Below are positions 51,331-64,000 of a stretch of DNA of 64,000 bases, piece by piece (positions within the stretch are counted from its first letter, which is position 1; each line of letters starts with the position of its first letter). The notes under the pieces were generated by a model. The model saw nothing but the letters and a program-made list of their open reading frames with translations, searched no databases and was not told the DNA's origin. This DNA comes from Utricularia gibba. Taxonomy: Eukaryota > Plantae > Magnoliophyta. A program made the position numbers and the translations under genes. The DNA is taken from assembly GCA_002189035.1 (NCBI GenBank), contig NEEC01000008.1, positions 1 to 64,000 of the forward strand, in the 5' to 3' direction.

Positions 51331-53315
51331 TTTTAGGATGAATGTCAGGAGGAGCAAGACATTGTCGTATATAAATAATGGGAGTTTTTTGGGTGGTATG
51401 TGGGCCAATCCAACCCATATAAATGGGATGGATAGACAGGCTAGGCTAGTTGAGTAAATGGAAAGCTATGAATGCTCTTGTAAATTCCTAACTTGTGCGT
51501 TGTATATTCCTTCCTGCAGATATTTCCTTTTCAAATATGCATTAATTCTAGTTAAAAAATCCAAAAGAAAAATGCTTAACCCCTGTTTTGACCAATTTAA
51601 TGCTCAGTCGGACCGTTGACATTTTCCCTCCCTAGTTGCTGCATCTCCAGAAAAGCAAGCACACCGTACCACTCTTCATTCTGGATATTTGTAGAAGCAT
51701 CGACGCGCGAAAATGGACGGAGCCCCCAAAGTCGTTGGGTCATTTTGAAAACTACCAACGACTAAAAATGTCTTTTAAAAAAACTATACACTATGTATAC
51801 TTAAGTTGAGAAAACATAGATTTTACATTATTTTTTTATAATACTTATAAAAATTATTTTTCTTTTATGAAATCTACATTTGTAATATTTAAATTATTAA
51901 ATGAAAAGTATTCATTATGACAAATGGATTGGTTTTTATTATCAAAAATTAATAATATATTTACTTGCTTAAAATAAGTATTTACAAAGATTTTTATTAA
52001 TTTGTTGAAACAATTTATATTTTCTTTTAAATGATTATTTTTAACATAAATTTAATAATTAATATTAAATAATATTTTATATAATTTAAAAAATAAAGAA
52101 AAATTTATGTTATATGAATTAATTTAGATGAAATTTAGAATAAAATAATAATTATTCTGAATTTTAAGAATTATGTTATTATAAATCTCCATCCATTCAA
52201 TTATTTCTAATAATTTGAAAGTATTCATTTCATTTTCGACAAATTTTATTATTAAATACTTTATTTATTTATATTTCAAAAATTTCAAATAATTCTATAT
52301 CCATAAATATCCTAAATAAAACGAAAAATACCATACATGCGAATGATGCATATTGACACGGATGGAAAGTTTCACTATGAAAATTGTAGTATACTCAATC
52401 CAATTACTCGATTATAGTGATTATGCAAACAATATTTTAAAATGGGTATATCACCGCAATGTTCGACTTTTTGGATGATATTTTACATTTAATTAAATTA
52501 TCATTAAATTTAAAAATACTTGAATAAATATTTTTAAAACAGTATAAAAAAATTATTCAATACTTTAATTTATCATAAATAAATTACTTAAATAAACATT
52601 GATTAATATTAATAAAATATAATTCTCAAAAATATGTAATCATTATTATTTATTATTCAAATTCATTTAATTTAACCATTTGATTCAAACAATGAATATG
52701 TGATATTTTCTCACTTCAATTTGATCATTAATTAATTAGAAAATAAATTTTGGTGATCAAATATACTCTTGACAAATAATTCATATTTTATTTAGAGAAA
52801 AATGATATAATGTTTAAAAATATATAATTTATAAAATATTGAATTATGTTATTATGTAATTACCTAGATAACATTTTATTTTGAAAGAAATATTTTTCTT
52901 AGTATTAAATTTTGATATCATGTAATATTATAGATAAATTCAGATCATATACATAGAAGTGTTTTCTGTTAATTAAGTAGTATTATATTAATTTGGATTT
53001 TAGTAACTATGTATAACATTAAATTCATTTAGTTAATTACATAAAAAGATATAAATTGAAATAAAATAAATCTAGTAGAGATGAATAGAGATTTTATTTA
53101 CCTGAATGGACTTATTAATTCGATCACATGCTCTCCATGTTATATACTTCTTTTTCTTTTGTGACCTTGATTAGAACTGGAAGGCATGTCTTTCAAATCC
53201 AAATGAAAGTTGGATGGACATTCTTGAATAGAGGCACGTAGTGGATGAAGAAAATTGTCATATAGCTCCTCCCATGGAATGTAGACCAACACTCTATGCA
53301 ATTGTAGTGGCATAA

Positions 53316-54566
53316 TGATAAGCAAAAAATCTACACACATCGTAAATATGCAAACTCTTCGATCAAATAAATTTATAAACCTAATACACATTTAAATATA
53401 ATATAATTATGAGCATAGTATTTCAAGTTGAGTACAAAGAACAGGTGCTTGTCATGTGATTGTTAATACATACAATTAGTATCATGTTGATAGATTTAAT
53501 TTTAACTAGGACTGCGGCAAACTTACAATAAAATAGAGTAAAGAAAAGCAACAAATTTTCGAACTCGAGTGTACCTAAGATGAGACAAGTGGTGCCTTGG
53601 GACTCCAAAGATTAACATGCAAATTGCTACAACTATTCCTCCTAAACTATAGATCATTCACATAACAAGCAAAGACCAAATATATCAAAACCTTTGTTTT
53701 CCCTAATTTTTGGACTAACTCTAATCATGCTTGTTCTAATGAGCTTCACTACTTCCTCCTCCTATATCTATCATGGTGTGTAAGGAAATAATGTGACACT
53801 TGGTTAATTTGGTTTAGTGAACAACAAACTTGCTAACCCCTTTACCCAAGGCACCATTAGGTGCTCTAGCTGCTCATGATAAAGGAAAAGAAAATGTTTT
53901 TATAGTATATTCTAAGCAACATTCTGATTTCAAAGTTAAACAACAACAAATAGTACATAACAGAAACATAAAAGGTATATGATTCCCCGGTAAAGCTAAA
54001 ACTGTTTTAAATTAGGAAGTGTTCTTCAAGAGCGGAAGAAATCTTCAAATATGTGCTTGTTGTTCTAGATCGTCTTCCCCATTCTTCTGTGTTCTTGCGA
54101 TTTTTTTTCCAAACTTTTTCCCCAACATTCTGTAGCATAAGGTTCAAGGGTCAATATCTCTTTTCTCTCCCATCATTTCCAAAATCCTTTTCTTTTCTTC
54201 TTTCGGATTTGATTGTACTTCCTTCAACTTTTTGTCTCTATCCTCTGCAATTTTATTGTGCTCTTTTCGACTCCTAGAGAACGAAGTTGGCCGACAATGG
54301 TTGCATTGCTCTAGGAAACAATTAAAACTAGGAAAAAAACACGCATAGAAATTCATGCGACAACTTGAGTTTTGTGGCAAAATGTTAGACCTTTTCGTAC
54401 TCCTAAACTCTCAAAAATATGGTATCCCTTGTGAACTCGCCTTGTCCAAGCTCCTCATCGAATGGGCCCAATATCCAATGAATTTCGGCTTGAAGTGGCA
54501 GAAATTGTGAGCAAAATGCAGTGATGAGCTATTGAACTAAAAGCGACAGATTAATGCGCGTTATCA
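53316..54566 (-). mobile_element. Athila LTR (1251 bp) without a matching TSD
   Basis: - strand starts TGATAACGCGCATTAAT and ends ..GCTTATCA. Homologous to 1833-2968. Flanks CATAA/GGTCA differ. Confidence 0.75.
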
Positions 54567-55900
54567 GGTCAACATTCAATAATTTGCAAACCTGCATCAT
54601 TGAAATATATTCATGAATGTTACTTATGATATCAATGATGAGATATATTTTCTTCGATGAGTAATTGTTGAGCATATTAACATGGAACTTCATAGTTTTG
54701 CCACATCCCACAACTACAAGTTTCATTTTTCAACCGTACAACACACATTTTATCATCCGTTGAGTTACTTTGATGCTTACAGGCTTATATATGCACTATT
54801 ATTTCTATGTAATTGTAAACCTCCAACCATGAATGTAGGATAGATTTATCCCAAGAATCAAACAATTTATGCGTCTATTTGGCCAATGTTTCATTGTTAA
54901 ATTGAGCTTTCATTACTTTTTGCAATTCTTCGCTAATATATTTATCGACTCAAACCTATTTGAAATAAGGCATGTGGATTTATCGAAGACGATATGAGTT
55001 CCTAATTTATCCAAAAACTATAACCAAGACTTGTTGGTCTCTTTATCAACAACGATAAAAGCTAGTGGAAGAGGTTTGGTGCTAGGTGCCAGATTTACTG
55101 TGATTAGTAGCTTGTATCTATAAGTATTGTATAGATAGATTCCATCAACTGACATAATCGGTCTTGAATATTGTTATGCATGGATACATGGACCAAATAG
55201 AAACAAATCACCTAGTTTCAGTCAATCACTTTTTTGGGATTCTAAATAATTATCTCATTAAAAAAACTTTGAAATTTTTCAAAGACACCTTCCAAGTGTC
55301 AAAAATGAGGTCGAAGGCCTTATTTATCATATACCATGCATGATGGTATGAGATTTTGTAATAAGTAGCAGTTTCAACAACAATAATTCTGTCACCACAT
55401 TTCTACCTATATTTGCCTCCAAAAAGAGTTTCGCTATCTTCGCAATCTATCTTGAATTAACATTTTTTGTCTAAAAAAAAATCAATATCGAGCCATCTAC
55501 ATGTATGAGGGTCAGTATCTTTACTAATTTTTTACTCTTTGATCCTTTTATGATAAGTAGTATAAATTATTCATTTGCAATTTGTTTTTTTATAATGTTT
55601 ACATATCATGGCAGACACCCCTAGTTCACTATCAACCATTGTATACTATTTTTCAATTTGTATTGAAAGTCTTAGATTACTCTATCAAAATCTTCCTTAA
55701 GTCTCAGATTGCTCTATCAAAATCTTCCTTTATAGAAAATCTTTGTCCTATCGAAAAAATATCAACTTAGAGTAGTGAAAGCGTATCACCTAAAGGATTC
55801 CCAATTCTACCAAAGCAACCATGAATACCCATTTTGTATCCTCTAAATCTTCTTCTTGTTCTTCTTTTTCTACCTCAAAATCCAAATTTTCATGATCCCC
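54567..55900 (-). pseudogene. MuDR/Mutator transposase pseudogene
   Basis: FGPCIHA*QYSRPIMSVDGIYLY..KLLITV..PLAFIVVDKE..SW (MULE domain, ~55200-54950) and ETCSCGMWQNYEVPC (SWIM finger, ~54730-54680). Confidence 0.85.
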
Positions 55901-56145
55901 GTTAGGGGGGAACATCTATACCAGGCACTTCATAATCATTTTTGTACAAAAAATATGAAAAATAAATCCACCAAAATAGTGGTAAGAATATGGTTGTACA
56001 AAAAGAGTAAGTCCATTTAGAATTACATTTGTATGTAGTGCATTTCATGCTTTTCGTAGTACTATATTGATAGCGACATAATAGAGAGGCTGAAACTTTA
56101 ATTACCTAATATAACTCTAATTGTAGATCATCCACTATATGGAGT

Positions 56146-57546
56146 TGATAAACGAACATTTTAGCATGTCATTGCAATAAAACCAAATTTCCGTATCAAA
56201 TAAATTTATAATCCCTAATATACACAAAATACAAATTTAGAAAACTTGTATAGTGGATATCGGAGTCGATCACGAAGGGCTTGTGCTTGCTAAGTGTTTT
56301 AGTACATGCATAATTTCGGATAACAGTAGGTCTTAGTCTAAGCTCGGACTAACAGTGGTAAATAAGTTCCATAAACAAGGTAGGTAAGCAATATCAAGTT
56401 TCAACGCTAAAGTGATAGATATTGGTTCTAACTTAGAATAATACTAGGACGCCTTAAGAATCTGCGGGTGGTGTTATGCTAAGATTCCTAACTTAACTTG
56501 CTATTTTCCTACACTCACAACTTCAAATAACCTAAGTCTACCCAGGTCATTCATCATATTTTTGGCTAAGCTAGTCCCCAATATCATAAACAACATTGCA
56601 ATTAAGTCTACCCGCATGCAAGGCATATAGAACTAGGTATACCCAGTTCTACTGGTTCTACCCTGTACTAACATCGACTACTCCCGTCTTGATTTGTTGG
56701 TCTACCTCTAAACCAATCATCTAAGTTGTGAAACTACTTGTTTCCCTCCTTAGGTCTTCCCATAGTTTGTTAGAAACAAGAGTTAAGGAATACATATAAA
56801 TTTCATCATCAATCCTAAGCACACACCACACCACTTCACCTTAAGGCATCCCTAAGACTTTAGCCACTCATGCTTGGGAAATAAAATACAATTTCATTCA
56901 TATAAGCTGGCAAAAATAACAAAAACATTGTAAGCTAGTTTGGTACAAAAACTAAAAATGTTCAGAAAACTAGAAGCAAGTAAAGATTGTTCTTTCGCCC
57001 GGTTGCTACTGTTCATAGCTCGGAACAGTAGCGCTGGACTGGGCTCAGGTGCTGTTCTTGACGATGGAGGCCTTCTTTTCTCCTTCTGGTTGGTGTTTTT
57101 TGCGTTGAGGAAGAAGCCCCCTTGCGTGCGTTCTGCACTCCCCGCGTCTCTCTTCTTTTCGAAATAAATTTCCCCTTTCCTTCACTCCATTGCACTATTC
57201 TTGACCGCCAGTACTATTCCTGACCGCCAGCACTGTTCCCAGCCTGAACTTGCAGACTACAGGTGGCGGCAGAATAGTGCTCTTTGTCCTTCTGCGGATT
57301 TTACACCCTTTTTCACTTGTTCTACATGTTTGCAAGTCTGATTTTCTGCTAATTTCCCTGCTGAACTTACTGAAATATTAGTAACAAAAGTTTTGGACTA
57401 AATCAAAGGATTTAGTCCACTTTTTAACATAATCACATAAGATTAACATAAACACCACTTAAACATGAAAAATCACATTTATCTAACCTAAACCATAATA
57501 AAATATAACCATTTTGTATTATAAAATTCAGGAAAAATGTGTGTCA
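56146..57546 (-). mobile_element. Solo LTR (1401 bp)
   Basis: TG..CA ends with a perfect TSD GGAGT (56141-45, 57547-51). Same family as 20765-22164 (shared TTAGGGATGCCTTAAGGT). Confidence 0.92.
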
Positions 57547-59489
57547 GGAGTGTTTGTCATAAGAAATATAACTTCCATAGTTAAGTGTATTACCCCTTAA
57601 AAACACTCTGTATATGAGGATTATTAGTTGATAAAACAAAAACTTTCAGATTTACTTGTGAGAAAGAAGAATAGTAGATTATACACACAATTTTTGTGCA
57701 GTAATTACTATAAAGCATCTATCAATAATATAATATGAATAAAGAATAATAAAATTTGATAAAGTGAAATCCAATTTTTTTTCAATGTTATTGAAAACTA
57801 TAGTTTGCAAATTTGATTGATAATTGCAATTTGATTCCAAAATTGATTTCACGGAATGCGAAAACCAAACAATAAAATTTGATAAAGTAAAATTTGATTT
57901 CTATGAACGATAGTTGAAGGATAATTTGTTTAATTTGCTTATAACCAAACAATAAAACTTTTCTATCAAGAATCGTTTACTTTTGTTATAAATGCTTTTG
58001 GAATTGGAACTTGGTTTAATTTTTTTTATGTGTAGCATAATTTGTAAATAATTTTGGTTTTATAATTTTCTTATTTTACTAGGTAATTGTATATTTTTTT
58101 TAATTAATTTGCATTTATTCAAATGTATTTTATTTATTATTTTTACTCACATTCCAAGCATTCAATGTAAGAATTATTCTTTTAAATGTAGAATTAAAAA
58201 ACCACTATTTGTATTTGTTTGGGGATACTAGTATTAATTATTTTTTAGGACTCAATTAACAGGAATATTCCAATGGATTTTTTAGTATAGTAGATGAAGC
58301 CAATAGATATTTCAGTAGCATGTGTCTCTTATCACTACAATCGATATAATGGTTATTGACAAACATTTGATGAATATGCTTCTAAAAGAGTTAACAAAAA
58401 TTTGAAATGAATATAGTGGAACTTACAAATCTATAAGTGATTTTACAAGTGTATTAGACATCTAGTAATATGTTATTTTTACACTTTAAATTTTACAATA
58501 TTCCTTTTATTAAGATACCAATTTAATTTATATTCACAGATGCATTATTATATTCATATTGAATTGTACACTTATGATAAACTCGAAAATAATGCACTTG
58601 GTGAAGTTGGAAAAATGTGCAATTATCTCGAGGGTTTACAGTTGGTACGAGATATTAAAGATTGCTAAAATAGACCTTTTTTTTTTTACAAATGCCTATA
58701 ACTCACTATTATTCCTATTTTCCATATTGTAGCCCATTTATTTATGTAAACCTTTTTATTAAAAATAAAAAAGAATCACAGGTATTTTAATGAAGAAAAA
58801 AATAGGTCTTTTTTTAAAAAAAAAGCTTATTTTTTTCAGTTTTGATTCAACTTTTGGAGACAGATGCTTATCCTCCTTATTTGGTTTGCAATGTGTTTCA
58901 TATTCTTTGTTAAATAATATATTTTCATTTATACTTCTCGTTTTTCTTTTCTATAATTATGAATTATAAAGTTTTCATATCCTATTTCAATCTATCCTTT
59001 TTTTATTATGCATTATAACCAAAAATGAGTTTTTTTAAAAAAAACAATATCCAATCATGCAGATTGTACAATACACAATTTCTATTGTTAGAAACCTATG
59101 AGATAAATATTGCTTAAACAATCCTTCCTATTCATGATTCAATTAAAGATTAAAATGGTATGCATACATATAAATAAACTAGCAGCGACATTTATAAATA
59201 TATAAGTGAATTGGGGTTATTGCATTCAAAAAATAAAAAATTAAAATCATGTAATAAAATACAAATTCCAATGAATTTTATAATAAAATAATTAAACAAC
59301 ATTTATATATATATTAACGATTTTCATATATATTTAAATCTAATCCATATATAAATGGTATTTAGATATATTTGAGAATTATTTTTATTGTATATATTTT
59401 TCACTAAAAAGTATTTTTTTATTTTATTCAATATATAGGATTAAAAAAATGTTAATATCATTTGAAATAAAACCATGCATAATGCACAT

Positions 59490-60370
59490 TTAAAATAAAA
59501 AATATAAGTACTTGATTCAAATAACATTTATGGATCGAGTGGTACAAAATCAATATTTTAGATAAATTAAAAAGACACTCGATCCAAATATCAATTTAAA
59601 ATTGAGTTATACTTAATAAAAATTTAAAATAAAAAATAAACATTTAATCCAAATAATTAGGATCGAATGTTGTATAATACAAATTTAAAATAAAAAAGAC
59701 TTGATCCAAATATCACTAAAGTATCGGGTGATGTATATGTTGCGGGAGAAAATCAAGATAATGATGAAGACCGATCTCGGGTTATGGATAAAGCCAAACA
59801 GGTTGGATCCGATTTATACATCATGGTTTTGGGAGGTGTGGTGCGGTGGACAGGAAAACTACGGAATTGTTTGAGCTCGCCGGAAATACAGATTTCACTA
59901 ATGGAGGAAAGAAAGGTATACAAGCTCAAAGTGTAGAGTGTTCAACCCTTTCTTCTTCAAATTTCCTTTTATTTATAGAAGAGGTCAACCCGACAGAATT
60001 ATGAAATCTGTACTTGTTAGTTGCTTTCTACGCACATTAGTCGTACTGTGGTCCTACTAACAGATAACTGCCAACTACTTCGACATTCATGTAATTCGGC
60101 TACTTTTCAAACTGTTGAAAACTAGCACTGCTCCCCAATTCTGGCACCTATCGGAGTGTCAGCCTATTGTAAGTTATTAGACACCTCTTTAACCTTTTTG
60201 TCAACGGATTTACCCCCTCCCCCCATCAGTATGATATAAGTTTAAAATGAAACAAAAGATACCCGATCTAAACAATACATAGGGATTAAGTGATGCATAA
60301 TATAAATTTAAAATAAAAAATACTCGATCCAAACATCACTATAGGGTTGGGTGATACATAATATAAATTG
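59490..60370. repeat. Degenerate ~57-67 bp tandem array (~6 units)
   Basis: Recurring tttaaaataaaaaa..(t/c)gatccaaa.atcact core at ~59513, 59580, 59644, 59701, 60264 and 60325. Confidence 0.7.
59738..60228 (-). mobile_element. Tat/Retand-type solo LTR (491 bp)
   Basis: TGTTG..CCCCATCA, TSD GTATA/GTATG. Shares gagctcgccggaaa, tacaagct and gtaattcggctacttttca with the Retand LTRs. Confidence 0.88.
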
Positions 60371-63300
60371 AATAATAACAGTGACTTACCAATTTTATGA
60401 TATTATTTACATATTAACTTCAATGATAATACTACAATTTTAATAATAAAATCTTTTGTCTATATGAATATGCATCATTCACAATTACAGTATTTTTGTT
60501 TTATTGGAAATATTTTTAAATATAATAATATTTGAAAATATAAAATTTTGAAATCTAAATAAATTAAGTATCTAATAATAAATTTAAAACGCTCTAAACA
60601 TCCAATGCTAATTAAATTTTAAACTAAAAATATATATAATCGATTTAAATAATACGTAATATTCTAATAAATTGACTAGACAGAATATGAAAAGTAACAA
60701 ATGCACTTTAGTATTTTTGTAAATATATTCAAAAAATATATATATAATGATGTTGTAGAAATTTTGGTTAACGCTTAACGATAAAGTTGGTTATATTTTT
60801 TAATTATTTCTCTAATAGTTGACGCGAAAATTAATTTACCCCTGCTTCTTGTTGCATGTTCAGAGGAATGTTTGGCTATGATGGCTTGCGTTTCTTCTCT
60901 TTTTTCAAATGCCTTTTTCTTTTCTTCTTGGACTCTTGTTTGAGACCAGATGATAAGGTTAGAACAGAATGATAATATATTTTGTTGTACTCCGCAGCCT
61001 CCTCTTAAAATCCCAGTTCGCATCCACTGCTCGTATCGTCATTTGCCTATACATCATACACACGGCTCTTACCTCTTTAGCCTTCCCTGGTGTGCGAGAC
61101 TATCTCTTAAACGGGCTTCACCTTTTCTTTCTAGAGAATAACCCTCCTCAACTTGTAAGTTCCTCCTTTTAGTACTTGTGTGAAGAGGGTAGGTTATTAA
61201 TTTTCGTTCTCAGCTTCTAGCTCTGTTCTTGGGGAGAAGCAATTCTCTATGTCCAGGGAGTTATTTTGAAAACTAAGAACAGCATCCTAATTCTTTGACA
61301 AACCCATCTACTTTATGTAGTGTGTATGTAAATTTACACAATTCATCTTTTCAGATACCGATATATATTATATTATAAATATCAATAATTTGTATCTTTA
61401 GTAAAATGTTATTAATGAATATTTTTTTATATTTTTTCAATAATTATTTTTATCTTATAAAATCTATCTTATTAACATTAAAATTATTAAAGAAAGCTTA
61501 TAACTATAAAAAAATGGGTCAGTTCTTATAACTGAAATAAATTTTTAAAAAGATTTTTTATGGATTAGTTGGGATAATTTATATTTTCTTCTAAATAATG
61601 ATAATTTGCTTTATGTGACGATTTAATAATATAAATATTAAATATTGAAATCAATATTAAATAAAGTTTTAGATCATGAAACAAAACATAATAATTACGA
61701 TAGATTGTTTTAGGTAGGAATAATAATTATTCTAAATTTTTCACAATTGTCTTATTATAATTCTCACCCTCTCAAATTAATTCTATTAATTTTAATGTAT
61801 TAATTAATATTATACAATTAGAAATATTGAATATTTTATTTACTTATATTTAAAAAATTTATTTTTTTAAGTATAATATATATTAAACTACTTTATTTAC
61901 TCAGGTTTCAAATTGAAAACTTTCTAATAATTGTTATTTATCATTAAAATTTATTATTCAATTTGATTCATAAATAATTAGAAAAATAAATAATAAATAT
62001 ATGATATATAAAAATAACTTTTAGTTCCTAATAATATTCAATATATAACTTGAAGAAGAATTATAAAAACTAATAAAATAAATTACAATGTAGTGATAAA
62101 GGATGTGATTTGTGTAAGAATATCTATTAACTACAGTTGATCAATTGTAGTAATCACTAGTTCCTTAAAACCTTAAACCCTAAAAAACATTACAAAGTAC
62201 AAGATTCGTAATGAGGTTATGACATTTTGAATATAAAGAAGTATGGATATTAAATATTAATCATAATCTATTTAAAAACATCGAAAAACAAGTTTTCAAA
62301 TCAAAGTTACTAGAATTAAGTATATACTTCTAAATGAAATGTTGAAGTGTGTGTTCTTAAATTTCAAAAAAAAATGTAAATTCAAATATTTTATTTTTTT
62401 TAATAAATACTATATTTTCACAATTTAGCATGTGTTTCAATCATCAGATGCTTTGGATTCATTATTTTGACCTTATAATTAACTTTTGAGACATTGCATT
62501 TAAGTAATAAAACAAGACTTACCATAATTCAATAATCAAATAAGACTCTTGTCTTTTTCTTTGGTGAATGATTACATGGCATGTGGAGTACAATCCTATT
62601 TCACACGCTTTCGTTTTGTTTAAGTTCAAATATGATGTTTTTATTATTTTAAAATCATTAAATGAAAGTGGTATATAAAAAATCCCCTATATTTAGTATT
62701 GTTCGCTCTCCTCCCTCTTCTTAGTCTACCCAAAGAATATTAGAAACAAAAATTAATATACAAAGATAGATTATCTCATAAAACCTAAACCATATCACCT
62801 TTTTACACCTTAAGATATCACAAAATTTACATGCTCATATGTGATATGTAAAGTATGATCTTATTTAGATAAATCGACAAAGATATCATAAATATTGTGA
62901 GATAATCAGTAACGAAAACTAAATATCTTACAAATTAAAAGCAATGTGAAATAGTTTTATTTCTTGTTTGCAACTGTTCATAGCCCTAAATAGTAATACT
63001 AAACTACATTTTGATACTTTTTCTTCACATTGGAGATTTTTCTTTTAAAAATACCATCTTATTCCTTCCTTATCCTCCTAGTTGAAGCCTATTGAAGAAG
63101 TTATCTCTAGCTCTTCTTTTCTTGGTTTCTCTCTCTTCCAAAATGCATTCTTCTCTAATATTCCAATGTAAATACAATTTATGAGAACCGCACTATTCAT
63201 ACCTCTAACCCTTAGTTTGATGTGGAAAAAGTTGCACTCATTCTCTCCTCTTTTTATGTTGTGTCTCCTGCTAAATAGCTCTTGGACGAAATTCTAGTTT

Positions 63301-63619
63301 AACTTCTAATTCTAGGACCTTCCTGCTGAACTCAAAAATCAGTTAGAATATAGAGTAGATTAAATGGTTCAATAGTAAAGAAAATCATATCATTCACATA
63401 ATTTTTTGTAAAACACTTAAAATTATAAAATAAATCCCCAAAATATAATTAAAAAGTCACAACTTTTATGTCCTAAAATAGAAAAATTCATATGTTATCA
63501 TCAAACTAGTTTACAAAATCATGATAGTCTAAAATCGACCTCTCATGATTGACATTTATACTATGCTCATGTGTTTTACATTTTAAATTTTTTTTTAAAT
63601 TATTGTGGAATGACACACA

Positions 63620-64000
63620 ATAGAAACCAAAAGATGCATCCAAACGAATGGTACAATATTGTGTACTATAACTGGTTTGTACCTTGAACTCCTGTTGAGC
63701 TACCCATGTGGTATTTCACCACAACATCCTAAAGGCATAGTCATTTTTGAAATGCCATTTACTTCTTCGAATATCTATCTATTGTCTTATGAGAAAGTGT
63801 CAACAAATACCATTGTACGTCCTCATCAACTGAATTGATGGGTTTCTTATATAAAGGAACATTCTCATTATCAATATCCTAAGTTGCTTGTTTTGAGTTC
63901 CCTTATAAGTGAATGCTGTCACGATCTGATTCCAATATGTGTGGCATCATTTGAAAAAGTAGAGTTTGGTATGTGTTCATTCTTATTTAATTTTGAATAG
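63620..64000 (-). pseudogene. Possible MuDR transposase remnant running off the window
   Basis: Weak motif similarity only (PSIQLMRTYNGIC*HFL; QEFKVQ..YCTIRLD..FYC). Confidence 0.3.

Noticed and set aside
51560-51800. Possible MULE-MITE terminus upstream of the nuclease
   Set aside because: No partner TIR or 9-bp TSD could be found.

Overview
Plant (angiosperm) nuclear DNA made of nested, mostly decayed transposons with two small gene islands. 1-22.3 kb is a stack of Athila-type Ty3/gypsy elements: converging gag copies, a + strand element, and a - strand tandem element with a shared PPT-LTR-PBS junction, an env-like ORF and two inserted solo LTRs. 22.3-24.8 kb is a PIF/Harbinger transposase pseudogene followed, in the slot where the Myb/SANT ORF1 often lies, by a spliced ORF remnant ending in an FCP1/NIF-type HAD phosphatase motif. 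26.7-28.7 kb holds a foldback, a hAT MITE (perfect 8-bp TSD) and an Angela-type solo LTR. Gene island 1 (30.1-34.5 kb) has a PCH1/At2g16365-like gene with a 1-nt frameshift, intact RPS25, intact PAM18/TIM14 and tRNA-Glu(CTC). 34.6-47.3 kb is a truncated Angela Copia carrying a full-length but degenerate Tat/Retand element with an antisense extra ORF. Gene island 2 (49.8-51.3 kb) is an intact 9-exon S1/P1 endonuclease with a GC-AG intron. The rest is MuDR remnants, LTRs/solo LTRs, a ~63-bp tandem array and AT-rich DNA. All calls come from manual reading and remembered family motifs; no searches were run. Boundaries of degenerate elements are approximate.
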